From Callorhinchus milii (Eukaryota): a DNA stretch of 64,000 nucleotides. Position 1 is the stretch's first letter; every line of letters begins with the position of its first letter. Below the pieces are notes generated by a model that made no database searches, was not told where the DNA came from, and saw nothing but the letters and a program-made list of their open reading frames with translations. The DNA is taken from positions 56,050,001-56,114,000 of the forward strand of contig NW_024704742.1 in the NCBI RefSeq assembly GCF_018977255.1, in the 5' to 3' direction. Below, one piece after another: positions 14,200 to 26,529 of this stretch. Made by a program: the position numbers and the translations under genes.

Positions 14200-15041
14200 G
14201 TAAAAGCAACATTAAACCTTGTGAATTATTATAGGACCCCGGATGATTTGTTTTATTTTGTATTAATTGCAATCTACATAAAATCGTTACCATGTAGAGT
14301 AAAATGGGTTTGATAGGAAAATAAGATGTAAAATTAATCAGAAATGCCCATATTAAGAACATGTCATGTGGGAGGCTTCATGCTGTGATAAGGTGATCAT
14401 AGATACTTACTTGCCAGAAGCAGAACAAAATAAATGGAGATTTTACTGAACGTAATTGGTTGGGTGGTACTGCATAGTGGAACAGTTTGAACCATTCATG
14501 TTAAAGACCCAAACAAGGTGGTAGCAATTGGGTAGTTACTGTAATATAGTTACAATAAATAAAACAGGAGAGAAACAAAGAAGATACACAAACTTTCTTA
14601 CATGGGATATTACAAGAAATAATGTGGTAGCCAACCATGCAGCTTACTGCTATGAAACACTAATAACTTTTTAACAAGTTTTAAACTAGGAGCTCATATT
14701 CATTAGGGCTTCGGCTGACAGAGTTGAGGGCATGTCTGTGCCTCTCAAGTCTTATTGATGAGCAAGGTAGGTGGCCCAACTGTCACCAATGCTTTGGATT
14801 ATTAAAAGCAGTCTGTATTTGTCTCTGGCACAGCTTTGAGAGATAACTTACTAAGTGCGTTGGACAGCTGTGCAGTTCGGAATTTGAGCACGGCAGCCCC
14901 TCAAATGTTTTTCATTGATAATCATTGTACATTAAAATCACATTTTCTGAGAGGGAACTCTGTTAGCACAAAACCTGTGAAATGCTACAGAGTATATGTA
15001 ATGAAAATGAGCTTGGAATGTAAAACCTGTTTCTTATTTAG

Positions 15042-15843
15042 GTGACCGATAGTGGACGACCTCCGTTATCCTCTTCAACATTCATTACTGTTAAAATTAT
15101 TGAAGAAAGTATTTATCCTCCAGCCATTCTTCCTCTGGAAATCCACATAGCAACTGTTGGAGATGAGTATTCAGGTGGTGTTATTGGAAAGATTCATGCA
15201 ACAGATCAGGATATATATGACACTCTCACCTACAGTCTAGCTACAAACATGGGAAACTCATTTGCAGTCTCCAGCACCGATGGCAAAGTGATTGCTCATA
15301 AGGATTTGGATGTTGGACAATATCGTCTGAATGTCACTGTTACCGATGGCCGCTTTACAGCAGCTGCTGATGTGTTTGTACATATTAAGAAAGCAAGTCA
15401 AAATCTGGTCAACAATGCTATTGCCATTCGCTTTGCAAAAATTGCACCAGAAGAGTTCATAGGAGACTATTGGCGGAACTTCCAAAGAGCCTTGCGAAAC
15501 ATTCTTGCCATTAGAAAACATGATATCCATATTATAAGTCTACAGCCTTCTGAAATCCCTTCAAATTTGGATGTACTTCTTGCTATTGAAAAAACAAGCA
15601 ACGAGTTACATCTCCCCGATGTCCTCTTCCGGAAGTTGAATACTTCAGTGGGAGACATTGAGGAAATGATGGGTGTCCGAATTCTGAAAATCATTAACAA
15701 GCTTTGTGCTGGCCTGGACTGTCCTCTTAAATATTGTGAAGAGAAGATTACTGTAGACAGAAACAGTATATCAACTCACAGCACTGCTAGACTGAGCTTT
15801 GTCACCCCGCGGCATCACAGAACAGCAGTCTGTCTTTGTAAAG
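15042..15843 (+). CDS. FAT1: FAT1 exon (802 nt, last cadherin repeat and linker)
   Basis: atttag|VTDSGRPPLSS...PEEFIGDYWRNFQRALRNIL...THSTARLSFVTPRHHRTAVCLCK|GTAAGA; FAT1-typical sequence. Confidence 0.96.
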
Positions 15844-16389
15844 GTAAGAGAGTATTCTAAGCTATGACTCTACAACTATGGCTACACAGTGAGCAATTGC
15901 TTGTCTCCTGGTTACGATTGCAAAGTCTCTTTAGTGTGTTGAGGATAATATTACTTTTTGGTGATGCAATGTGCCTCTCCCTGTTTTGTTAAAGCATCCT
16001 TGGGAACTGCTCTAGAGAGAATGTTATAAGATAGGGAGGAACCACATTATAAATGGGGAATTTTATATGTATGCTTCATTGTTGAGGAAATCATAGAAGT
16101 GCTTTTATATCTGAGAATACTAGATGGACTGATGCATAAAAGGAAGCTGTCTTATCTGAATGTGAACAATTTTTCAAGTTAGCAGAACAACTAGGGGCAA
16201 ATATGCATATGTTTTAAAGTTGTGATTTTCCCCACAATATTCACAATTATGTGCACTAAATTGCTTTTGTGAATTTAATTTCAGCTAATACTTAAAAATG
16301 TTGATGCAGCAGCAGTAATGTAAAACAATGCATTTCACAGTTCTGTTTGACCACTATAAAGAGTAATTTATTTTCTTTATTGTTTTTAG

Positions 16390-16521
16390 ATGGCAAATGC
16401 CCTAACATGCATAAACTGTGTGAAGGTAATTCTTGCCCTGCTGACACTGAATGTGTACCAGATACAAAGGAAGAAAGGTACACCTGTTTGTGTAAAAATG
16501 GCAAACACAGCCAGTGCTCTG
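16390..16521 (+). CDS. FAT1: FAT1 exon (132 nt, EGF-like)
   Basis: tttttag|DGKCPNMHKLCEGNSCP...YTCLCKNGKHSQCS|GTAAGG. Confidence 0.93.
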
Positions 16522-16684
16522 GTAAGGATTTTCCCAAGCCTTTGTGAAATCTAACTCTTAAAAAAATCATTTCATTCATCATGATGGATCAGTTGACACT
16601 GAAAAGGTTCTACCTGTTACATATTTTATTTGGCAGGTTTCATTATCACCTATCATAATAGTAAATGTTGGTTTTAATTTTCAG

Positions 16685-16842
16685 GTGGGCCTTCTCTGTC
16701 ATTCAACGGTAACAGTTACGTGAAGTACCGACTTGTGGAAAATGAAAACAAAGAGGAAATGAAACTCTCACTACGCTTACGAACTTATCATCCACATGCA
16801 GTTATCATGTATGCTAAGGGGACAGACTACAGCATTCTAGAG
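16685..16842 (+). CDS. FAT1: FAT1 exon (158 nt, Laminin-G start)
   Basis: ttttcag|GPSLSFNGNSYVKYRL...LRLRTY...GTDYSILE|GTATGC. Confidence 0.93.
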
Positions 16843-17478
16843 GTATGCTTCAAATAGAACCTAATGGACATGTGCAAATAAAGGACAAAGCACTAGACCA
16901 TTTAAGCAGTAAGAGAGAAAATCAAGAACTTTTTGTGCAATTTCTGTTTCTCCTATGTTGCATTATTGGTTCACCTAAAAGGTATAATTTGCAGTTCAAA
17001 AATGTACGAGAAAGTGAACTTCAATTTAAAATGAAGATGTTTTTAATTGCTGTAGTGGTCTATTTCCTTTCAAATATAAATTGGTTGCATAAAACGACAA
17101 GTGTCATTATTCAGAAGGGCCTGAAGATACGTTGGATCATGTGGCAGGACCTGTAACAAAACATTCCCAAATGTCTCAAATCATGTGTCAGTAAGAATCG
17201 TATTTGTGTGTGCTGTTCTGAAGTACGAGGATGTGTAAATTATTTAAATTAAATGTGCATTTCTTTTATATTTGTACGAGGAATTAGGAAAAATGGAAGC
17301 TTCTGATTTTGAATAAAAAATTAAACAATACTGCAGGCTAAAACGCCTGAGATTTATCTATATTTGTGCAACTAAAGTTCATTAACTCTATCTAAATGTA
17401 TCACCTTTTCACTGATATGTGTAATCCAACGAGTAAAACTAGGCAATTCCATTTATTATTCGCATTCCTGCTTTTCAG

Positions 17479-17941
17479 ATTAACAATGGGAAGCTGCAGT
17501 ACAAGTTTGACTGTGGCAGTGGCCCAGGGACTGTATCCGTACAAAGCAGTCAAATCAATGATGGCCAGTGGCATTCTATTTCACTTGAGGTGGATGGCAA
17601 TTATGCAAGATTAGTGCTAGACAGACTCCACACCGCAGCTGGCACTGCCCCAGGTACCCTGAGAACGCTGAACCTAGACAACTTTTTATACTTTGGGGGC
17701 CATGTTCGACAGCAGAACACAAAGCATGGCAGGAGTCTACAAGTCAGCAATGGCTTCAGAGGCTGTCTGGATTCCGTTTTGCTGAATGGACAGGCACTAC
17801 CTTTGAACAATAAGACAAAGATTAACGCAGTTATGGAGGAATCTGTCGAAATGTCTCCTGGATGTTCCCTGGTGCTTGCAGAAGGCTGCTCCAGCAATCC
17901 ATGCTTGAATGCTGGTACGTGCTCTTCACTACGGAATGGAG
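17479..17941 (+). CDS. FAT1: FAT1 exon (463 nt, Laminin-G plus EGF)
   Basis: ttttcag|INNGKLQYKFDCGSGPG...NDGQWH...GFRGCLDS...CSSNPCLNAGTC...NGG|GTAAGT. Confidence 0.95.
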
Positions 17942-20302
17942 GTAAGTCAAGAGTTTTAAGAACAAAGGAGAGTTATGTCACAGCAATGAATAATCTTTCA
18001 GATAACTTGTAAGGAATAATGAGGGATAATGGGTTTATTTATCTTCTATTGCAAAACAAGAATTCTGGGATAATCTTCACAAAGGATTTTGCTCATGCGA
18101 TTGTTTTTGAAAAGACGATTGTACAGTTTGCATTTCCGAAACACTGCACACAATTAGTTCCAATCTATTCATAGAAGATTGGCTGTGTTTCTATATGGTT
18201 TGAATTGTAATAGTAAAGGGAAGGACTGGACTGTCTGTGTGATTTTACAGTCCTGAGCAGATATCGTACTCATCCGTTTTTTTTTGAGGGAGTTAATCAA
18301 TGTACAATTAACTTTCTTTGTTTGGAGCCAGTTCCACTCACTGTAGTAACAAAAAAACATAAATCTTATAGACTCCTTTCAAGCATTTTAGTTGTAAAGC
18401 TTTTCCTCCAATGCTGTTTTCCAATAATCTAAATCAAATCATCTACTTGTCCATTAGAAACTCAAAGATGAGCAAACTGACAAAATTGAGAGTAATATAG
18501 TACATACTTGTAACTAAGGTTGCCAATTTTTCTGACAAGAAAAATAAGCTGCTGAATCCCAGAGTCATCGTTGTTCCACTTCTCTGAATTCCCTTCAGCT
18601 CCTCCATCTTTTGATGGAAAAATGCCAAAGCTGTATCTAGTATTCCAAATGTCTCATCAGTGATCTGTGCAAGATTAGAATTACTTCTTTTGCATTTTAG
18701 TCAAATACCAAGCATGTATTCGTAGAAAGAAAAGGGAAGGGTTGAAATTGGAGGAGAAATATTTGAAATTAACTATCTTGTGAGTAAAATATGGATTCAA
18801 TGTCATTCTGATACAATGTACAATATTGAATAATTATTATCAACCTAGTCACGCTGCCTTTAGCAAATCGAGTGGTGTATGTTGCCAATTAAATTCTCAT
18901 TCTAGTGTTTTGTGTATGTGTTGAAAAGACCATTGTTCTTATATTTGTGATGGAAAGTGAAATGTGATGTTCTGTAACTTGTGCAGTGTTTGTGAATTGC
19001 CTTTTGCCATTTGTTTATTGCATTGTTGACAGTTAACTGAATAAAGAAAAATAAGGCAGAGTTTGTCAAATGCTGTAAAAGAGCAGCTGCAATTTCTGTG
19101 CAGTTCTGCTGATGTGTTTGTAACAAATTATAAGGCAGCAAGCTTTTCTATTCAATACTGTGATAGGGTTCTTTGGAATGTCTAAATATTAGAATTGGCT
19201 GATGTATTTGGACCCTGGGAAGTATTGACTTCACACAGAATGAATAATGTTAAGTAATCAATGAGTTTCGTTTCTCTATAGAATATCCTGGCTGTCAATG
19301 CTAGTTTTGTGTATACAGTACAAAGTAGTATATCATACAAAGCTGCCGCAAAAATATAAATGTCTTACATTATTTTGGGTTATATTACACAAAATTGTAG
19401 CCACTCAGATTGTGTAAATGGGGTAGCTGATGTACTTAAAGTCGCTGGTAAGTGGCAGTGGCTTTATATTTTATTTTAAATCACTGTTTTTATGACAGGT
19501 AACTGCTCACTGAGCAGAAATGCATATCCTTATGAATAAACCAATTTCAGATCCTACACAAATTGGAAGCATCTCTTCCGTCAATTCTCATTCTAGAAGG
19601 AATCACTATATTTTTTCATATCACACCAGAAGATGTTAAATTTCAACAACCTCTATAAATATGCTAATACAGCATCACAAATGGCAATGCTCTCAACCGA
19701 GACATTTTTAATAAGTATTTAATATTGTTAAATGATAATAATCTCTGGTATTTTGTAGAATTATAGCACTGTAGAATTCTTCCGTAGAATTCTGGAAGAA
19801 TTCTACATTACTGTAATTCTACAAAATACTCAATTAATCTTCAGATTATTGTTAACAGTCGTGACTTGAGTTGGCGAAAATGTCATTTAATAATTCACGC
19901 AGACCACTGATCTGTATGCTTGATGCACATTTTGATTATTTTCAGTTAACTAGCTGAGTATTGGGCATTTTGGTACAATATGTAGATGTGATTAAAAGGC
20001 AACATAATCACAATGCATTTGAATAATGGAATAGATTGAAAAGGGGATTTGTAATGGATTTTATTTTGTGGCAACAGAGGAAAGTGAAACTTAATTCATT
20101 TCAATATTGGTGTCGGCAACTACTGTATGACTATGGCTAATGATTTTTAAAATAATTTTGCAGAGTCAAGATAACTACACATAACACTTCTATTTAATGA
20201 TGATTTTTTAGTTTGTGGAATTGCAATCCGATCGGAATTGAGGGAAGTGAGAATATTTCCTGTGTTTGGGATCAGGGGGAGGGGAGGAGTGGGGAGCGGA
20301 TT

Positions 20303-20660
20303 GGAATCCTGTAGCCCAGTGGTTAGAGCACTCGGCTCACAAGTGAGAGGATCTGGGTTCGATTGCTGGGCGGAGTAAAATCTTAGGCAAGTTTCCTTAC
20401 TCCACAAACCTGTTTATCTAGCAGTAAGTAGGTAAACACTGTTTGTCGATTTATGGATCGCTTTTTTAAAAAACAATTGCTGATGTATTTTGGACGCTCA
20501 AACCACGACTGTTTATGGGGACATTACTGTATGGAATTGGCTGCCACGTTTCGCCCACAAAATATACAGTCAATCCACTTTACTGTATATTCTGTTAAGC
20601 ACTTTGAAACATCTCAAAGACATGATCAAGTACCGTATCAAATGCATGGATTATTATTAT
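20303..20660 (+). mobile_element. SINE family A, full length (longer variant)
   Basis: A-box GTAGCCCAGTGGTTAGAGC, B-box GGGTTCGATT, body, (TTA)n tail. Confidence 0.85.
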
Positions 20661-20678
20661 TTTTCTGTATTTTTACAG

Positions 20679-20838
20679 GTTATTTCTGCAAGTGTACACA
20701 CATGTTTATGGGCATTCACTGTGAGGATAGAGTCAGCCCTTGTGCGTCTAATCCTTGTCTGTATGGTGGGACTTGCATTTCAGTGAATGATGATTATGAT
20801 TATATCTGTCAATGCAGAGGACAGTATACGGGACAAAG
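20679..20838 (+). CDS. FAT1: FAT1 exon (160 nt, EGF repeats)
   Basis: ttttacag|YFCKCTHMFMGIHCE...CASNPCLYGGTC...CQCRGQYTGQR|GTTAGT; phase 1 in, phase 2 out. Confidence 0.94.
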
Positions 20839-22539
20839 GTTAGTCTTTCTCTTGTTTTCTAGATACCATTTAATTGCAAAATGTGAACATGTTTTGAACT
20901 GTTGACATCAAGAGGTATGGACGGTACGGTTATTTGCACAGTGAAGTTTGGAATTTTGAATACCTATAGCCTAAATTAATCTTATCCACAATATGACTGA
21001 AAGAAGGAGTCTGATTTTCTAGTTATTTTCCATAGCTGCAAGTGAGGTTACAGTATGGCAAGCTATGTGGTTTTCTGCTTCTTGAAAAAAAANCCTGGAT
21101 AAGTCAGAATTGGGCTTATAATCACCAATGAAAGAAATCATGTTATCAAATATCAAAACAATAAATACAAGATAATGAGAGACTCTGAAATCATGATTGA
21201 TGGTTAAATCTATTTACTTATCCCATGCACCTTGTCCTGCTTCTTTAAAAACTTACACTTGATGCAAATTAGTATATTTATGAAAGGTATTCATCATTCT
21301 TTCCTATAAAACTTGTAATTTAATTTTACTTCTGTAGCTTCCAAGGATATTGAAAATAAATAATATGGGATGAACGAACAGCCACGACAAGAAAGCAGTA
21401 CACCTCAGGGGTTCTAATTTCTAGTTTTGTAATACCATGTGTAAATGCACATGTATAAACAGTACACTGATGTTCTTGGTTATGTACTAAAGCAATATAG
21501 GTGATTCTGAAATCATTTACATTGGTTTCTTCTTACATAAACGCCTGTAATTCCTTCTTACACATAAAGATAATACAGTCACAATTTCAGGTAAGAATAG
21601 TCCTTCTATATCTGATCCAACTTTCCAGGACGATTCCTTAAGCACATGTATCTCATAATCTAATAACCCTGAATGATTTTAATTTCCAGGAATTTTTCTA
21701 AATTCTCCATCTTCACTGAAACATTTCCACATTTTTTATCTGAGTGTAATTTTTTTCCCTTCCACTAAAAAAAGTCCACTTCCTATTTTGAAGCCAAATT
21801 ATAAGCATTTGCACTAAAAATTATTTTTTGTTGCTAGCTTTGCAGAGTCCCGACATCTTGAAAATGTAAACCATTATTACTGCTGTATGAAATCATTTCC
21901 TCATTAATTTTTGATAAGGAAAAAAACAGATAATGCAAAATTGATGAATCCAATGAAATCATGGCAAATCTGAAATATGAAGATGTTTAAAACTTGATTT
22001 TCAGCAAAACTATAACCTGCTGATTTTAACTATAAGTGAGGCTTTGGAATTTCTGTTTTAAACTATAGAAAACTATAAAACGCCACTAATTCCCCAGAAA
22101 TTAAATTGGTGTTTATACAATAAATAGCAAAAAAACATTGGAAATAGTTACTCAAATCCGAGGTGAGATTTTCTCTTTCTCCCTCACTCGCTATTGCTGG
22201 TGCCATGGTGTGCCAACTGTGCAGGATCACTCACCGTGTCCGATGAAGCGTTTGAGAGGACAGAGGCACTGAGTGTCCGTGAGGGCTCCTCCCTCCCTCC
22301 CTCTCTTCCCTCCCTTCCTCCCTCCATGTGCACAGGCGAGTATTCTCATTACTGTAATGAAAGCTTTCAAAACCATCAAGTTATAAAAACTCGAAAATTG
22401 GTAAGAAAATTAAATAAACCCGAAAGGTTTAAATTAATAAATCCCGAAAATGCCTCCGCCTTTTCTCCTTTGGTTGGAAATTGAACTGAAAACTAATAAA
22501 CTGTTATACTGAATTGAAATGTCTCTATCTTGATTTTAG

Positions 22540-22650
22540 GTGCCAGATAGGTCCATACTGCAAAGATAATCCTTGTAAAAATAACGGTAGATGCATAGAT
22601 AGTCTGGATGGCCCCGTCTGTGAATGTGAAATGGGTTACCGTGGAGAAAG
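22540..22650 (+). CDS. FAT1: FAT1 exon (111 nt, EGF)
   Basis: ttttag|CQIGPYCKDNPCKNNGRCIDSLDGPVCECEMGYRGER|GTTTGT. Confidence 0.94.
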
Positions 22651-22750
22651 GTTTGTATTCTCCAGTTTCCTAGATCTACAGCTTCAAATATATTTTCAGC
22701 ATTTCTTTTAAGAAATTCCACTGTTCATTTTACTTGAACTTTTCCCCTAG

Positions 22751-23379
22751 GTGTTTGGCTGATATTGATGAGTGCCATGAAAACCCTTGCCAAAATGGAG
22801 CGAAATGTGCAAACACCTACGGCTCCTTCAACTGTACCTGTAACCGTGGGTACGATGGGAAACTGTGCACTGACACTTTAATGAACAAATATGTTTCCAC
22901 ACCCTGGAATATTGGCTTAGAAGAAGTTATTGGAATTATTGTCTTTGTGGCAACTATATTCATCCTTGTTTTAGTTTTTGTTGTCTTCCGTAAGAAAATT
23001 TGTAAACAGAAGCATCGCATGGAGGCTGCTGAGAAGCGATTAGGAGCTACTACATCTTTCTTGCAGAAGAACTATTTTGACTCAAAAATCACTAAAACCA
23101 TCTACTCAGACATTCCACCGCAGGTGCCTGTTCGCCCCATCTCTTACACTCCGAGTATTCCCAGCGATTCCAGAAACAATCTTGACCGCAATTCCTTTGA
23201 AGGATCTGCCATCCCAGAGCACCCAGAGTTCAGCACCTTCAACCCAGACTCTCTACATGGGCACCGCAAAACAGTAGCTGTCTGCAGCGTTGCTCCAAAT
23301 CTACCTCCTCCCCCTCCGTCTAACTCTCCTTCAGATTGTGATTCTATTCAAAAACCCAACTGGGACTATGAGTACGACA
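22751..23379 (+). CDS. FAT1: FAT1 exon (629 nt: Ca-binding EGF, transmembrane helix, proximal cytoplasmic tail)
   Basis: cccctag|CLADIDEC...; TM IIGIIVFVATIFILVLVFVVF then RKK; PPQVPVRPISYTPS; LPPPPP; donor GAC A|GTGAGT. Confidence 0.96.
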
Positions 23380-24097
23380 GTGAGTATTTCAACTAACTCA
23401 TTAAAAATTAGAATATATCAAGGAGACAGTTATATTTCTTTATCGTTTCCTCCCCCCATTCTTATTGCACATGGTAATTCTTAGCCAAGAAAACAGGCAG
23501 GTAAATTGCTTCCCTGCCACTCTGCATGTATCAGTCTCTGCTAGGAAGTGCATGATACTGCAGTAACCTAGCTTGACTAGGCTGTCCTGCATTCATTTTA
23601 TTTCTTCTCCTGCCCCTGCATTGTTTCCACTCATTCAAATCTATCTTAGTCTTCATCGCTAAATGTAGCACAATCGTTTAACTATGTCTATAATTGGATC
23701 ATTATTTTTAGTCTCAGCATAAAATAGTCCCCAATTGCCACCTCTGATACTGACAATTGGGAAATTGTGGTGACGATCCATAACTTACTGTTCCATGCAA
23801 TTATTTTAATAGCACTTCACACCTCTCCTATCGCTTTTCCATTCAAATTTACATAATATTGATAATATTAGCTGATTAGCACCATAAGTGCTGCTTTTGT
23901 GATCTGATAACATTTGTATGAACAGCATACTTTACTTGCCTTGATTTCTCATAAGAATTTTTAAAAATATGTTTTTCAAATTGTGTATCTATCAAACCTA
24001 CTCAAGTAAGGTGGTTGTACTGTTGTTTGGTAAAAGAACATCTGTGTGCAAGGTTCAGGTAACAGGAATCCTGTATATCTATTTTGTTCATTTATAG

Positions 24098-24235
24098 CTA
24101 AAGTGGTGGATCTTGATCCCTGTCTATCAAAGAAGTCTCTCGAGGACAATGCTTGCCAACCTTTTAACACCCATGGAAGCATCTCAGAAGTGCAGTCCCT
24201 GAGCTCTTTCCAGTCTGAATCATGTGATGACAACG
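24098..24235 (+). CDS. FAT1: FAT1 penultimate constitutive exon (138 nt)
   Basis: ttatag|TKVVDLDPCLSKK...SEVQSLSSFQSESCDDN G|GTAAGA. Confidence 0.95.
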
Positions 24236-26469
24236 GTAAGAATTTCAGACATCAAAATCTATATTGTCGTGTTCTGTTACACTAAGCTGCCAGTTTTAGG
24301 TGACATTGAATTCTTATTGTAACTCAACACAAAATATACAATTGACCAAAGGTTTTAAAGGCAGTTCATTCCAAGTATCTCTATACATAATAGCTGAAGT
24401 TTTCAGTAACTGTTATATTGTTAGTGATCTTAAGCCTACTAAAATCACTGCTGGAGTGCTACATATTGAAAAACGTGACACTGGTCTGTGATGTCTTACT
24501 GCTTCTCAGATTTTAGATGTCTATTTCTCAAATGTGTTTTAACGGTCACTTGCTAAGTTTTTTTTTGCTATGGCTTCAGCTCCCATCGAGATCAGGTCTC
24601 CAGTGAGTGAGACCCGAGTTTAGCAAGTATCTGGTTGTAAGTTTGATTAAAGCAGTAAAGGAAGATGTTTCTGAGAGGGAAATGGGATTCTCTGATCTTG
24701 ATTGATAGCTACTCAGTTGGCTGCTAGATTTCAGTAAAAACAGCAGCATTTTCATTTTAAATCTGTAGGATTATTTTGGCAAATTGTTATTTGACACCCA
24801 GTCCCCCCACAACTGTAAAACTATGCAATTCATAACATTTAAATGTGGTGTGGCTTAAAATAAATCAATAAACTTTGAAAAAAAAATTGACATCTCTTCC
24901 TCTTTGTCTACAGCATCTGCTATTGTCGACATTCATAAGAGTACTGCTGTGGAAATTGAAATAAGAGCCTATAACAGAAGAAAATTAGTTACATTTAAAT
25001 GAAACTTCTCTAAGGTTATTTTGACTTTTTTTAAAAAAATCACTGAAATGAAGAACATAATCATCCACCATAAGCATTTTTCAGTCACTGATTTTTTACA
25101 TAAAATAAACCATACATTATATCTGTATTTCAGTTGCTGTGAGCGAGGCAAGGAAGCCTGCTTTTTTTTTTAACTTTCTATTCATGCATTATATCGCCCC
25201 TCCTGCGATGCATATATATGATTAGGGAACCATTAACATTTGACAGCGCAATACTTACAGGTACAAATGATGACAAAAGTTCCGTGCTAGTTTATTTTGG
25301 GGATGCAGATTATTTGATATCAATATATAAAATTATATTAATGTGTTTGCCAGCCTAACCTAGTCAATTTTGTGGTGGAGAATGATACAGTGCGTTTTCA
25401 AAGTATCATCTCAGCTGTCAATTTCCTAATGGTTTTATCATCTTTATCAAGAATCCCATTATAGCTTTCATTACTGTGTAACATTCCCAGTAAAAAATAA
25501 ACTCTCCTACAATCCTTCAGTAGGAAACGAGAAGTGAGTTTTGAAGTAGATAAACAATTTGTGATTTTTCTCCTACTTGAATTCTGATTTATGTGGGGTA
25601 TTAGACTTGACACAATGAAGATCTATTTAAAATAAGCAAAATAATTAATTACATTAAATTTATATTACATATTTAATATAAAATGATCAATGCTTTGTCA
25701 AGAAATTCTCTGTCCAATGATGTTCTTCAAAGCAATTCTGTACAATGTTAATTGATTTCAGCTCTACTATCTCACAATTACTTTGTAGGCACTAAAGATG
25801 CCTCCTTTTTAATATTTCAGCTTTATTTTCCCCAGTGACATTCGTTCTGAATATGTTCATGTTTTCATAATCTACAAATCCTTAACCTCTGTTCATTGTC
25901 CTGGGTGCCTGCCAATCATAGAACCAAACATCAAGGGCAAGAATAGAGGTCAAATGTGAAAGTGCACATCATTACAGTACATCTGCACTAAGAAATCTTT
26001 AATATCTTCAGAATTTATCGTTTTTGATCATTTCCAGCTACACACTGTAGCTTACCTGAATTATTTTTTGTAAAACATTTAGAGCAGTAACTTTAAAACA
26101 GTCGTTATGCCTAATTCTGCTTTCATACATCTTCTGAAAATAGCAACAGTGAAGCCAGCAAATCAATTACAGTTACACATAAATAAATTGTAGCCTGCAG
26201 TAAATGGACACAATATGTGGCAAACTAAACTTATTAGCAAATGTTAACAACTGGAAGCAGATTTCTAATGTTTTATATTGTTTAGAAAGTAAAGGCAAAA
26301 CAAAAATATGTATTTCCTGGAAACATACTTCGTGTATATTTCTCTTTATTTGTAAATTGATATTTTAAACAATGTCAAAGCAAAGGTAAAGTTGCTACAC
26401 GTGTTCTTTGAAGTCTCTGTACTAACTGTAAATTTATTTCAATCTGCTCCTTCCCATTTTCTTTACAAG

Positions 26470-26529
26470 CTTCCATAGTGACAGTAATACACCTTGTCAA
26501 TGCAGTTGTTGACTCGGTGGAACAAGAAG
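26470..26529 (+). CDS. FAT1: FAT1 alternative 60-nt cassette exon (ASIVTVIHLVNAVVDSVEQE)
   Basis: TACTAAC branch point at 26420-26426, pyrimidine tract, AAG acceptor, phase 1-1, donor AAG|GTATAA; peptide resembles the ASIVTVI... cassette of FAT1/FAT3 tails as I recall it. Confidence 0.88.

Noticed and set aside
21093..21093. Single N after a poly-A run
   Set aside because: Assembly ambiguity with no biological meaning.
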